Source: Chiloscyllium plagiosum (Eukaryota). From it: DNA of 64,000 nt. The stretch spans positions 67,372,844 through 67,436,843 of the forward strand of contig NC_057720.1 of NCBI RefSeq assembly GCF_004010195.1. Direction: 5' to 3'. Each line of letters begins with the position of its first letter. Within the stretch, counting starts at the first letter, position 1. The notes under the pieces were generated by a model. That model did no database searches, was not told the origin of the DNA, and worked only from the letters and a program-made list of their open reading frames with translations. Below are positions 52,218 to 64,000 of the stretch, one piece after another. The position numbers were made by a program, and so were the translations under genes.

Positions 52218-52805
52218 TCATAACCATAGAGATGTACAGCATGGAAACAGACCCTTTGGTCCAACTCATCCAGATATCCCAACCAAATCTAGTCCCATTT
52301 GCCAGCACCCGGCCCATATCCCTGCAAACCCTTCCTAATCATATACCCATCCAGATGCCTTTTAAATATTGCGATTGTACTAGCCTCCACCACTCCCTCT
52401 GGCAGCTCATTCGATACCACCCTCCGCGTGAAAAAGTTGCCTCTCAGGTCTCTTTTATATCTTTCCCCTCTCACCCTAAACCTATGCCCTCTAGTTCTGG
52501 ACTCCCCATCTCAGGGAAAAGACTTTGTCTATTTATCCTATCGATGCTCCTCATGATTTTATAAACCTCCACAATGTCACCCCTCGGCCTTCGATGCTCC
52601 AGGGAAAACAGCGCCAGCCTATTCAACCTCTCCCTAAAGCTCAAATCTTCCAACCCTGGCAACATCCTTGTAAATCTTTTCTGAACCGTTTCAAGTTTCA
52701 CAACATCCTTCCGATATAAAGGAGACCAGAATTGCACGCAATATTCTAACAGTGACCTAACCAATGTCCTGTACAGCCGCAACATGACCTCCCAACTCCT
52801 GTACT
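52218..52805 (-). mobile_element. CR1 (HER1-like) LINE 3' fragment
   Basis: LYRTLVRSLLEYCVQFWSP..LETVQKRFTRM..RGDIVEVYKI. Confidence 0.92.
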
Positions 52806-53049
52806 GTGTTTAGCTTTATTTATTTTGTGGCTCAAACTTTTGCTCTTGTGTTAAAGAAAAATTTGCAGCCTAATATGAATATGAAACTAAACTTATCAAG
52901 CCAATTCTTTATGAGAGATGACTTGTTCAATATAGTATTACCATCAGCTGATATCATAACACGTAGTAATAAGCAATGAGATAGGATTTACCTCATGGTA
53001 AAGGAATGTCTTAAAGTCACAACAATCATTACCTAATAGAATTTTACAT

Positions 53050-54810
53050 TCAGTATTAAGGGGAAAAGTATGGGTTTGCAACAAGTGTTTTAAGCTTAAG
53101 TAAAGGTTATTATAACGGTATGAAATCAAAGCTAACTAAAGCGTCTTGGAAAATAGCTAATAGGGAGATTAGTAGAAATGTAGTTATAGGCTTCGAAGGC
53201 GATATTTAATAACTGGAACATTTGTTTCAGTGAGAACGGAAGGCTCTTTGAGAAATATGCTTCATCCATGACTGAATAAGCAGGTAAGGGTAATATGAGA
53301 TTGAGGAAACACTGTATAATTCTGAAAGATTAATGGTGGATCAGACGATTGGTCAGATTTTAAGAACTAGCAAAAAAACTGACCAAAACAATAATAGGGA
53401 GAAATGAGAGAGTGAAAGAAAATAAGCTGCTAATATAAAACAGCAAACATTTTAAGCATTTAAATGTGAAAAGAGTAACTAAAGTTAAAATTGGTTCACT
53501 AAAAAGTGATCGTGGATTGAAAATGGAAGTCAAGGAAGCAATGATAAGTTCATAAGATATAGGAGCAGAATTAGGCCATTTGGCCCATTGAGTCTGCTCA
53601 GCATTCGATCATGACTGATATGCTCCTCACCCCCTTTTTTCTGCCTTCTCCCCATATCCCTTCAACCCATCACCAATTAAAAATATGTCTAACTCCTCCT
53701 TAAATTTACTCACTGTACTCACTTTTGGGTAGCGAATTCCATAGAATCAAAACCCTGTTCAACTCTGTTTTAAATTTGCTACCCCTTATCCTAAAACTAT
53801 GACCTGGTGGACTTGGATTTCCAAAAGATAATTGATGATCAAAGATTACTCTGCAAGGTAAGAACATATAGCACAGGAGATAACATATTTAACATGGATA
53901 AAGGTATGGTCATCTAACAGAGAAAAGAGAGTAAGAGTTAGATGAAGGGACAACGTATATAGAAACTTAATTTACTGCCAGGTACTGCAAACAATTAAGA
54001 AGGCATGTTGCTATTTATTGCATGGAAATAGAATACAAAAATGGGGAGGTTTTACGACAGCTTCCAGGATTGGGACCACATCCGGAGCATTGTATGCAGC
54101 TTTCAGAATTGATATAACTGCTTTGGAAGCAGTTCAGAGAAGGTTCACATAGAATGAAGGATTTATAAAGAAAGGTTGGAAACGTTGGGCATACACCCAT
54201 TGATGGGTCACAGTTAAATGAATAGGTGATCCCATTGAACCATTTACGTTCCTGAGGGGATTTGGTAGTGTGCATATTAAGTCATAGAGTCAGATTATAC
54301 AGAATGGAAACGTGCCCTTTGGCCCAACCTGTTGATGCTGACCGTGTTTCCTAAATTGAATGGTCCCATTTGTCTGCATTTGGCCCATATCCCCCTAAAT
54401 CTTTCCTATCCATGTACCTGCCCAAATGCATTTAAATGCTATACTTATTACCACCTCTTCTGGCAGCTCGTTCCATGTACATATCACCCTCTGTGTGAAA
54501 AAACTGCCCCTCAGGTCCCTATTGAGGGAAGAATTGGAAGACTGTTTCCTCAATAGGGGAAACTAGAAGTTGAAGAGATATTGAATTTTTCTTCTCTTTG
54601 AGAGTCATTGGAAAGTGGAATTCTTTTCCCTCAAAAGCAGTTGAGGCTGGACCATTGAACTTACTGAAAGCAGAGTTAGATTTTGGATAGATGAGGAGAT
54701 CAAACATTATGAGGGGCAGTCAGGAACATGGCTTTGAGACTACAAATTGATCCGCTATTCAGGCTAAATAGCTTAATGGGCTGGATAGTATTTCCCTGCT
54801 CTGAAGTCCC
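53050..54810. mobile_element. Mosaic of nested CR1 fragments in both orientations
   Basis: Plus-strand decayed ORF2 interrupted by minus-strand tails at about 53550-53800 and 54280-54520. Confidence 0.7.
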
Positions 54811-55553
54811 ATGTTCTAATAACCAAGCTCAAAGTTGATTAATGATATGTCAGAATCTAATCTCAGGATCAAGTATGAGAACTGACCTAATCTCAGAAAG
54901 CTGCGAGGATGAAAAATGGAGTCAGTAGTTAGGGAATGAAGGGATGAAAGCAATGACTTCAGGTTTCCCAAAATTTAATAGCTGGAAGTTTCTGTTTATC
55001 CGGTACTGGGTGCTCAATAAGCAGTATGATAATTTAGCAACAGTGAAGGTGTTGAGAGCAGTGGTGGTGTGATTGAACTCATCTCAGTTATTTTGTACTG
55101 ATTTGGTCAAAGGCTATAGTGAAGCCTGGATCCAAATAGACTTGGCAGAATCAAACTGAACATTGGTGAGCTGGTTCTTGTTGAATAACTTCTGCTTGAC
55201 AAAACTGTTAATAACACCTTCCATGGATGTTCTATTTTGAGCTGCTAGGTCTATTTTAAGTCTATCCCATTCATGCTAGCACTGTCCTCACTGAAGAGAT
55301 AGGATTTCATCTACAGAAGGACAGCTGGATGGTGATCACTCTGAGATACTTTCTAACTCACCTGTTCCTACTGTCGCTGTCATGGACTGAAGTATCTGTG
55401 ACAGTTTGATTGATGAGTATGAGGTCAAGTGGTTCCCTTGCCATGTAGCTTAGGCCCAGACTGGCAGACATGTTTTCCTTCAGGAGTTGGTCAAGTCAGG
55501 TAATAGTGATGTTACTGAGCCAGTCTTGGTCACAGTAATTGAAGATTTCCCCC

Positions 55554-56114
55554 TGTGATAATCCTGCTCCTTTAACAAGGTTATATTGTTCTGGTTTTCT
55601 TTCAGTGATCCTGAAAATTCTAGGTTTGAAGGGTTTTGGAGCCAGTTTGATTATAGCTAACAGATACTGCACCAGGCAAAAGGCTTTCAAGATTTTTTAA
55701 AATAATGTACAACAAAAGAAGAGTGGCCAGTTCTCCCAGCTCAGCTTTACTCTGGTTTGGTTTGGTTTTAGCAGTCTGGCTGTTAACTGAAAGTTGTTTG
55801 AGGCTGCTTGTCCAAGAAACAACTACATGGAAGAAGGTATTCCATGCTGAATCTCTCTGCCATCTCCCTTTCTACTGTAAGATTTTGTGTTTGATTTTTC
55901 CTTTTTTGCCAAAAGTGTTTATGTGGATTGTTGCAGGAATTTGGAACATCATCATTAAGGTGGTATAAATTCTGTTTTTTTTTAAATGAAGTATTTGGGC
56001 CAGATGCATCACTCCTGGAATATCCACACTACACCTGCTTAAAACAACTAGCAAAGTTAGGGTCTGGGCTACTTTCTTGAAATGTTCTGAGGGGGTCTGG
56101 CCTGGTCCATAACA
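55554..56114 (+). mobile_element. Solo LTR (561 bp)
   Basis: TGTGAT...CATAACA, 4-bp flanks cccc/ccct; interrupts a LINE that resumes after it. Confidence 0.7.
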
Positions 56115-56270
56115 CCCTCCCCCCCAATCCAGAGTACATCCTGAACCCTGCTCCCTACCCTTAGTAGTTGTTCCAAGTGGTATTCAACATGGAGGAGCAT
56201 TGATTTAACAACTGAGGGAGGTGATCAGTTTTCTTGCCCACTTTTGCTCTGATATTATGAGACTTCATAT

Positions 56271-56588
56271 GATTAGATGAGATTCCTTACAGCGTGGAAA
56301 CAGGCCCTTTGGCCCAACAAGTCCAGCCAACCTTCCAAAGAGCAACCCACCCAGACCCATTTCCCTCTGACTAATGCACCTAGCACTATGGGCAATTTAG
56401 CATGGCCAATTCATCTACCCTGCACATCTTTGGACTGTGGGAGGAAAGCAGGGCACCCAGAGGAAACCCACGCAGACACAGGGAGAACGTGCAAACTCCC
56501 CACAGACAGTCACCCGAGGCTGGAATCGAATCCAGGTCCCTGGTGCTGTGAGGCAACAGTGCTAATATCTGAGCCACCATGCTGGCCC
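56271..56588 (-). mobile_element. HE1-type V-SINE
   Basis: Head, V-domain and tail. Confidence 0.9.
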
Positions 56589-57347
56589 AGCAGCAAGCTG
56601 TAGCTTAGAGGGAACATTGGTGTGCAGTCAAAGGTGCCTAGGGCCTTTTACCCCCAGTGTATAGCACAGTGCCACTGCCTCTACAGTATCTGTCCTTCCA
56701 GTGAGACAGGACAAACCCAAGGTTTGTATCAGAGGAGATTGATACATTGGCTTGGAGGTATAATAAGATCAGTATCATACAGTTATCATAATTTTAGAAA
56801 AACATTGTTGATTGTTGATAAGAAGAACTTCAGCTGAGTTATTGAACGGGAAGGGTGAGCCTTTGTTGCTTCCTGTGTCTAGACCACCGTGGGGTTATTA
56901 ATTCAGTTTTATTCTAAGCTGACTTTTCTGCAGCAGTTTAGTGCAACTGAGTGCTTTGCTTGGCTATTTCAGGGGCATTTAAAAGACAACAACAATGCCG
57001 TGTGTCTGGATTCACATACAGGATAAGGATGGGATACTAGTGAACACGATAAGTTACATAATTTCATGATCATTATTAATAAATACAGTACTGGATTTCT
57101 ATTCTAGTTTTTTGAACTTTTTAATTGAATTTTCTGATGGAATTTAAATAAATAGAACTGACCATGTAACCTGGGTATCAGATGTGGGTAATCTTATCTA
57201 AGTCAGTTTGTGTAATCAAGTGCCACGCCAAAGACTGGCACATACAAGTCAGGAGATGCCGTTGTGATGAAAGGTTCCAATCTGAAATGTCAACTCTCCT
57301 GGTCCTCTGATGCTGCTTGATCTGCTGTGCTTTTTCTAGCTCCACAC

Positions 57348-57820
57348 TTAAGACCATAAGACATAGGAGCGGAAGTAAGGCCATTCGGCCCATCGACTCC
57401 ACTCCGCCAATCATGGCTGATGGGCATTTCAACTCCACTTACCCGCATTCTCCCCGTAGCCCTTAATTCCTTGTGACATCAAGAATTTATCAATTTCTGC
57501 CTTAAAGACATTTAGCGTCCCAGCCTCCAATGCACTCTGTGGCAATGAATTCCACAGGCCCACCACTCTCTGGCTGAAGAAATGTCTCCAATCTGACCCT
57601 GCTCTTCCAAGTATTTAGAAACCTCATCCTTAATGATGGATTGTAGAATTTTACCAACAACCAAGGTTAGGCTAATTGGCCTATAATTTTCCATCTTTTG
57701 CCTTGATCCTTTCTTGAACAAGGGGGTTACAACAGCGATCTTCCAATCATTCGGGACTTTTCCTGATTCCAGTGACTTCTGAAAGATCTCAACCAATGCC
57801 TCCGCTATTTCCTCAGCCAT
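57348..57820 (-). mobile_element. Young CR1 fragment with internal deletion, nested in a PLE terminus (57260-57860)
   Basis: AEEIAEALVEIFQKSLESGKVPNDWKIAVVTPLFKKGSRQKMENYRPISLT joined directly to the 3' tail. Confidence 0.85.
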
Positions 57821-58224
57821 TTCATCGACTCTGACCCTCCAGAATCTGCACTATCTCCATTGTTCGGATGCCTTATTAAACTGTGACAGTCTTTGTCCTC
57901 CAAATGGCCTCACATTTCTTGTGCTAGTTCCTGTGACTGGCCTTGGAGCAGCAACTTTTGTGTCAGACCTGTGCTGCAGTGTTTGCAGGATCTTCCCCTT
58001 GCAGGTGAGGCCATAAAGCTGCTGCTGCTGTTGAGCTTAGACCTAATCAGCTACTGCTCTATTGTGCCATTTCTGGAACACTCAATGATCAAGAAGAGTC
58101 AATCTTTGCATTTACATAACATCTTTCATGTCCTCAGAATGCTCCACAGTGCTTCACTACCATTTGCTGAGTAGTCACCGTTAATGGATGTAATATATGC
58201 AACAAGATTCCACAAGCAGCAAAG

Positions 58225-58560
58225 AATCATAGAATCCCTACAGTGTGGAAGCAGGCCATTCAGCCCATCAAGTCTACAATAACCCTCGAAACAGCATCCC
58301 ACCCAGACTCACCCCCCCTACCCTGTTCCTATAATCCTGCATTTCATGTGGCTAATCCACCTCGCCTGCACACTATGGGCAATTTAGCATGGCCAATCCA
58401 CTTAAACTGCAATCTTTGGACTGTAGGTGGAAACAGCAGCATCTGGAGGAAACCCATGCAGACGGGGAGAATTAGCAAAATCCACACACACAGTTCCCAA
58501 GGGTGGAATTGAACCAAAGTACTTGATGCTGTAAGGCAGCACTGCTAACCATGCTACCCC
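58225..58560 (-). mobile_element. HE1-related SINE, older
   Basis: V-domain and (gattcta)n-type tail. Confidence 0.8.
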
Positions 58561-58989
58561 AAGAAATGAGCAGTTAATCTATAAGTTAGAATGATCTTGA
58601 CTGAGGGACAAATTGCACCCAGGAGAATTCTCCTGCTAGTTTCCTAAACGTATCTTGGGGTCATTTTTTATGTCATGATAAACTGAACAACCCTGTGTTG
58701 CATTTGTATTGTTTGGTGTTGCTTCCAAAACAGACCTGTGTTTACTAGATGGCCTAAAATAATATTCCTCAATTCCACCTTGATGATTGTCTAGTGAATG
58801 GACTGTAACTGTGATCCTTTCTTAGATATTATGAAGCCTCCATTGCAGCAGTACAATTCATGAGTAACATTCAAGCTGTGTCTGTGGTTTGTGTAAATGT
58901 GATCCCTATGGCGGATTGGCAAGTCTTCCACTACGTCACTAGTATGGAAAATGGCACTGTTGATCTGTCTACTTAACCTGTGATGACTT

Positions 58990-60375
58990 AGTAGATCTTT
59001 GCTGTATATAATCTGTTGTACCAGCAGCACTGGTATCAACCGACATGGTAGAAAATTGCCCCAACTCTGTCCTGTTCTCAAAAAGCAGGACAAATGCAAC
59101 CTGTCTAATTACTAACCCATCAGCTTTTCTCTTGACAATCAGTGAAGTAATGAAAGAGGTTATTAACAGAGCTATCAAGCAGTTTTCACTTAGTAGTAAC
59201 CTCCTCGTTGACTCTCAGTTTGGGTTCCACAAGGGCCAAACAGCTTCTGACCTCATTACAACCTTGGTTCAAGCAGGGAGAAAAAAATCTGAATTTTAGA
59301 GGTGAGGTGAAAGTGACAGCCATTGTCATCAAGGCATCATTTGACCAAAAATCCCTTACAAAACTAGAGGTAATGAGAAACATAGAGTAAACTCTCTGCT
59401 GTTTGGAGTCATACCTGCACAAAGGAAGATGTTTGTGGTTGTTGGAGGTCAGTAATCTCAGCTGCAGGACATCTCTGCAAGAGTTCCTCACGGTAGTTTC
59501 CTAGGCCCAACCATCTTCAGCTACTTGTTCAATTACCTTTGGACAGGAGGGGTTCTGCTGATGACTGCACAATGTTCCATACTATTCATGACTCCTCAAA
59601 TACTGAAGCAGTCCATGCCCAAATGCAAAATCTAGACAATATCCAGGCATAGGCTGACAAGTGCCAAGTAACATTGGTGTCAAACATATGCTAGGCAAAG
59701 ACCATTTCCAATAATATCTAATCGCTGTGTCTTGACATTCAATATTGTTACCATCAGTGATTCTGTCACTATTAACATATAGGGGGTTACCATTGACCAG
59801 AAAAACAATGACTAAGGAGAGGTCAGAGGCTAGGAATCACATTGAGTAACTCATCCCCTGACTCCCCAAAACCTGTTGTCCATCATCTGAAAGGCACAAA
59901 TCTGGAGTGTGACAGAATACACACACTTCCCTATATGGGTCAGCTCCAAGAAACTTGAGACTGTCCAGGACAAATCAGCCCACTTGATTGGCACTATATC
60001 CACATGCATCCACTCTCTCCACTGTCAATCCTTAGTAACACTACAAAATGCAATGCAGAAATTCATCAACGCTCCTTAGACTGCACCTTCCAAACCCATA
60101 ACCACTACCATCTAGAAGGACAAGGACAGCACATACATGTGAACTCCATCCCTCCAAGCCATTCACTATTCTTACTTGGAAATATATTACTGTTCCTTCA
60201 GTGGTGTGGTGCTGGGTCAAAATCCTGGAATTCCCTCTCTAACAGCATTAGACAAAAGGTCTGCAGTAGTTCAAGAAGATCCAACCACCACCTTCTCTAG
60301 GACAACCAAGGATGGGCAATAAATATTGACCCAGCTAGCGATGCTTACATCCCATGAATGAATTTTTAAAAAATC
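58990..60375 (+). mobile_element. CR1/L2-group LINE (second family), RT to 3' end, decayed
   Basis: NY*PIS..SQFGF..SDL..VPHGSFLGP..ADD; 3' end gggcaataaat...catcccatgaatgaat. Confidence 0.75.
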
Positions 60376-60646
60376 AAACCTGAATCACGTATGTGGGTGT
60401 GACAGATCTGGGCTCCATAATGTGTTCTCTTACAAAGTATATCTATTATTGATAGCTATTTTAATCCTGGATTCTGATTTCTTGACATGCGGCAATTTTG
60501 TTTTGTTTATTTCTTTCTAGAGATTTTTTTTGCATGGGACAATTAAAGGAAGTATCCATTTCTGCTTAGGTCACTAAATAATTTCAACAAATTATTCTGA
60601 TTGTCCACATCATGTTTGAACAATGGACACTTAAAGATGCATTGTT

Positions 60647-62990
60647 TGTGAAATAATTCCAGAGAGGCTGCATTCCCGTAATCAAGTCACCCTTTATTCA
60701 CACATGCATAGCACTTGACACTGGTCCAGTTTCCTCAGAGCTAGCTTTCATAGTGAATAGAACCTCTGACATTCCTGTTTATCTCTGTCAGCCATGGCTC
60801 CCTGATTGGACTAGATTAAAAGCCCCAGACAGGGAACTTATATTCTATAAGGTCCACCTGGCTGATCTTGTTACTATACTATGTTCCTCCCTCTGTAAGA
60901 CTGGGGTTGTTGGCCTATTCTTTTTCTTGTAGCATCTGTTGGGGTTTTTTCACATCGGGTCTGATTCCTCTGACTCAGCCAAGAAGTGGCAAGTACCGGA
61001 CTGTAGCACATTCTTGGTCCCGGAGCGTCTCAGAAGAAATTCATCCTTTTCTTCAGGCAGTAAAGGCGTCGAAGCCGCCGTGTCCACCTCAGACTCTGAG
61101 GTTTCTTCGACGCTAGATAGAGGGGGAGAAGCCATGGGTTCTGACAGCCTTCCCAGATGTTCTGAGAGGCTGGTTATGTTTTGTTCCTGTCTCGTTTGCA
61201 GGTTTCATGTTATCCATGTGCTTGTGCAGGACCGCCTTCCTTATGTCAACTTTGTACATCACAGGACTTGACCTCGCATCGACCATGCTTCATACCCATT
61301 CAGGGCTATTTCTGTGGTTTCAGCACCAAACTTCATCCCCTGAAGTAAACTGTCTCTTTTGCTTAGAGGAATCTTGTACCAGACATTGGTGTTCCTGATG
61401 CCATTTTACCACTTCCCTCCCAGCCTGGGAAGATCAGATTTAACCTGGTGCAGAGTCTTTTCCGCATTAGCAACTCTGCTGGAGCTGTCCCTATAGTTTC
61501 ATGAGGGGTGGTCAAATAATCTGATAGGAGCAGGGACAGTTTAGTATCTGGCAAAGCTGTAGGCTGTTTCTTTAAGCCTGCCTTCAAAGTTTGGACTGCT
61601 CTTTCTGTCAGACCATTGGACAATGGATGGTATGGAGCTGTCTTTATATGCTGAATGCCATGCAACTTTAGGAAATACTTGAAATCCCTGCTAGTAAATG
61701 ATGGCCAGTTGTCTGTGACCAACAATTTCAAGAGCTCGTATATTGCAAATGTTGCTTGCAGCTTTTCTACAGTCCCTGTGTTTGACAAATGAACTTGATG
61801 CATGTCTAGCTACTTTGAGTAGGTATCCAGAATGACTCAGAACATTGAGCCCATGAAAAGACCTGCATAGTCAATGTGTAACTGAGTCTCGGCCTTACCC
61901 AGCCATTCCCACAAATGTGGGAGAGCTGCTGGCAATAATTTTTGCCTTTGTTGCACTCTGGGCAGTGCCCCACCAACTTGGCTATGTCAGCATCCAGTTT
62001 TGGCCACCAGACATAACGTCGCGCCAACATCTTCATTTTGAACATCCCTGGATGACTCTGGTGGAGTTCAGCCAGTATCTGGTGGTGACCTTTGCTCGGG
62101 ATGGTCACTCTAGTTCCCAAGAATAATATGCCGACCTCTACTGTGATCTGGTTTTGCAGGGTCCAGAAAGGTTTCAATTCTGGTTGTGATGGCTGTTTTG
62201 TTTCCCCCATCACCACCACTGTTTTAGTTTTGCCAGGACTGGATCTTTTTCCATTCACAGTCTGATATTGTCAGTGGTGGCTGGAAAAGTGTCCAAAAAG
62301 TTTAAAGCCAGAACAGACTCCTCAAGCGGCATCACCACTGGTGGTGTATCTGCCAGCAGGATGTGGCTGAAAGCATCGCATTTGTTACTTGGCCTCCCAG
62401 ACGGTGTTCCAACCTGTAATTGTATGCACTTAAACTGAGAGCCCACAGCTGAAGCTGATCTGAAACTATGGGTGGCATGGCATTGTTCTCTTTAAGTAGC
62501 CCTAGCAGGGGTTGTGATCTGTTACTATTACAAATTTACTCCCATAAAGTATTGGTGTAACTTTCTCACTCCAAAGATGGCTGCCAAGCCTTCTTTCTGT
62601 ATGTGGGTGTATTTGCATCAGCCAAAGCCTGGGAAGCATACACTATTGAGCACTTCTCTCCATTGGGCCATCTATGAGTCAACAATACCCCAATACCATA
62701 CGGGGAAGCATCGCGTCTCAGCACCAGATCTCGCTTGGGATCTCAGTGTGCCAGTACCTTACATGATGATAACTGCTTCTTCACTTCCCTAAAGGCTAAG
62801 TCTTGACTGTGAGACTATTTCTAAGGTTAGAGCTTTTTCAATAGCAGATAAATGTCAACCTGGGGTAGACTTTGTAAAATGTTCCCCATCTGACGATACT
62901 CCAAATGGCAGTCTTGTATATTGGTACGGATCCTTTTGGGTATTAATTGTAGCATACCTTTGGGAATCCTCATCTAACTGCACGGTATGC
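60647..62990 (-). mobile_element. Ty3/Gypsy LTR retrotransposon remnant (RT piece, RNase H, integrase, PPT, 3' LTR)
   Basis: YQYTRLPFGVSS, ILAELHQSHPGMFKMKMLARRYVWWPKLDADI..CPEC, VTDN..FTS..F..TAPYHPLSNGLTERAVQTLK; PPT at about 60884-60894; LTR about 60647-60882 ending in CACA. Confidence 0.9.
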
Positions 62991-63519
62991 AAAGACAGGA
63001 GTCAACATGGAGATCAATAAAGTAATGGGTGGGCCCTTGCTATTTCAGTCAACTGAAGTGAGTTGGTAAAAACTGCGTTCTTCCTCCCTCGATTTAAAGC
63101 AGCGTGGGTCGATTGCAAATCCCAAACTCCCGTCCAAAACTCAGGGAAACACCATTTCCAGCTCCCTGCTTCTTCCAAGCCCCCTGCCAAAAGTTAAATA
63201 ATTTACTACTTTCATATGATCAGAACTTCTGTCTTTTTGGTCCACCAATTCTTTGTTGCTGTTTGATTGTTAACCTTTCAAAAATAAAAAAGGGGCAAAT
63301 TGAAGTGGGCAGGAAATCTTGTTGAGTGAAGCCCCACAGGATATTTCTCCCTCCCACAATAAGTCATACACTGTAATGTATTTCATCAAAACCATTGTTT
63401 TTCTCTCCAATACAAACTCCATTCTCGAGCAACCAACTCTATCTTTTTCCATGGCAACTGTCTGACTCTGAAGTACTGTAGACCGTTCACAATTTTGGTG
63501 ACAAATGTGACTCCAAGAC

Positions 63520-64000
63520 AAGCTTCTGACTACATCTTAACCACAATCTCTAAAACCGTCTATTTCTCTGTAACATTATTTGACTCCACCCCTTTCACAG
63601 CCTTTTTGCAGCTGAATATCTCCAGATAACACTATTCTGCTGCACTCCTGATCAGCTTTCCACATTCTTCCTATAGTAAACATAAGACCTTCCAAATATC
63701 TGCTGCCTATATCCTTTTCACCCATTTTTTTAGCCCACACTGACTCCTGCTAACTTGATTTTAAATTTCTCATTCTTGTTTTCAAATCTGCCCAAAGGCC
63801 TCACTTTTCCCTTTTCTGTAAATTCCTGCAGCTCCAAAACCATCAGGCTATCAACAAGCTTCTATTTGTAACATCCTGAGCATTTTTAATTTTAATTGCT
63901 GCACTATTGGTGACCATTCCTTCAGTTGCTTTGTGCTTAAATTCTGAAATTCACTCCTAAGTCTCCCCAAGTCTAAGTCTTTATTTAAACTGTCCCTGTT
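63520..64000 (+). mobile_element. L2-like LINE 3' fragment, old
   Basis: ttgattttaaatttctcattcttgttttcaaatc..ccttcagttgc..tgaaattcactcctaa, shared with 25080-25445. Confidence 0.6.

Larger units (their letters stand above)
50837..52961 (+). mobile_element. Probable long solo LTR (about 1.2 kb) carrying a nested HE1 SINE and CR1
   Basis: TGTTAT...ATAACA termini, degenerate 5-bp flanks catgg/cgtag; same CATAACA end as 55554-56114. Confidence 0.5.

Overview
Vertebrate genomic DNA, almost certainly from a cartilaginous fish. HE1-type V-SINEs, DeuSINEs and HER1/CR1 LINEs point to a shark, probably a carpet or bamboo shark (inference). There are three protein-coding units. (1) FAM151A on the minus strand has 7 coding exons (29360 down to 1958) that splice in frame; its last exon lies left of the window. 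(2) S1PR1 on the minus strand has an intronless CDS at 44736-45866 and a probable non-coding first exon. (3) An intact 375-aa PIF/Harbinger transposase-like ORF (48503-49630, plus strand) sits head-to-head with S1PR1. It has a D-D-K triad instead of D-D-E and no visible TIRs or Myb partner, so it is a candidate lineage-specific domesticated gene. The rest is a dense TE mosaic: CR1, L2 and RTE LINEs, SINEs, solo LTRs, a Gypsy remnant, and many Penelope-like fragments carrying minimal hammerhead-ribozyme cores. An LTR plus tRNA-Ser primer-binding site runs directly into the 5' end of a CR1 LINE. All calls were made by eye; TE boundaries are approximate.
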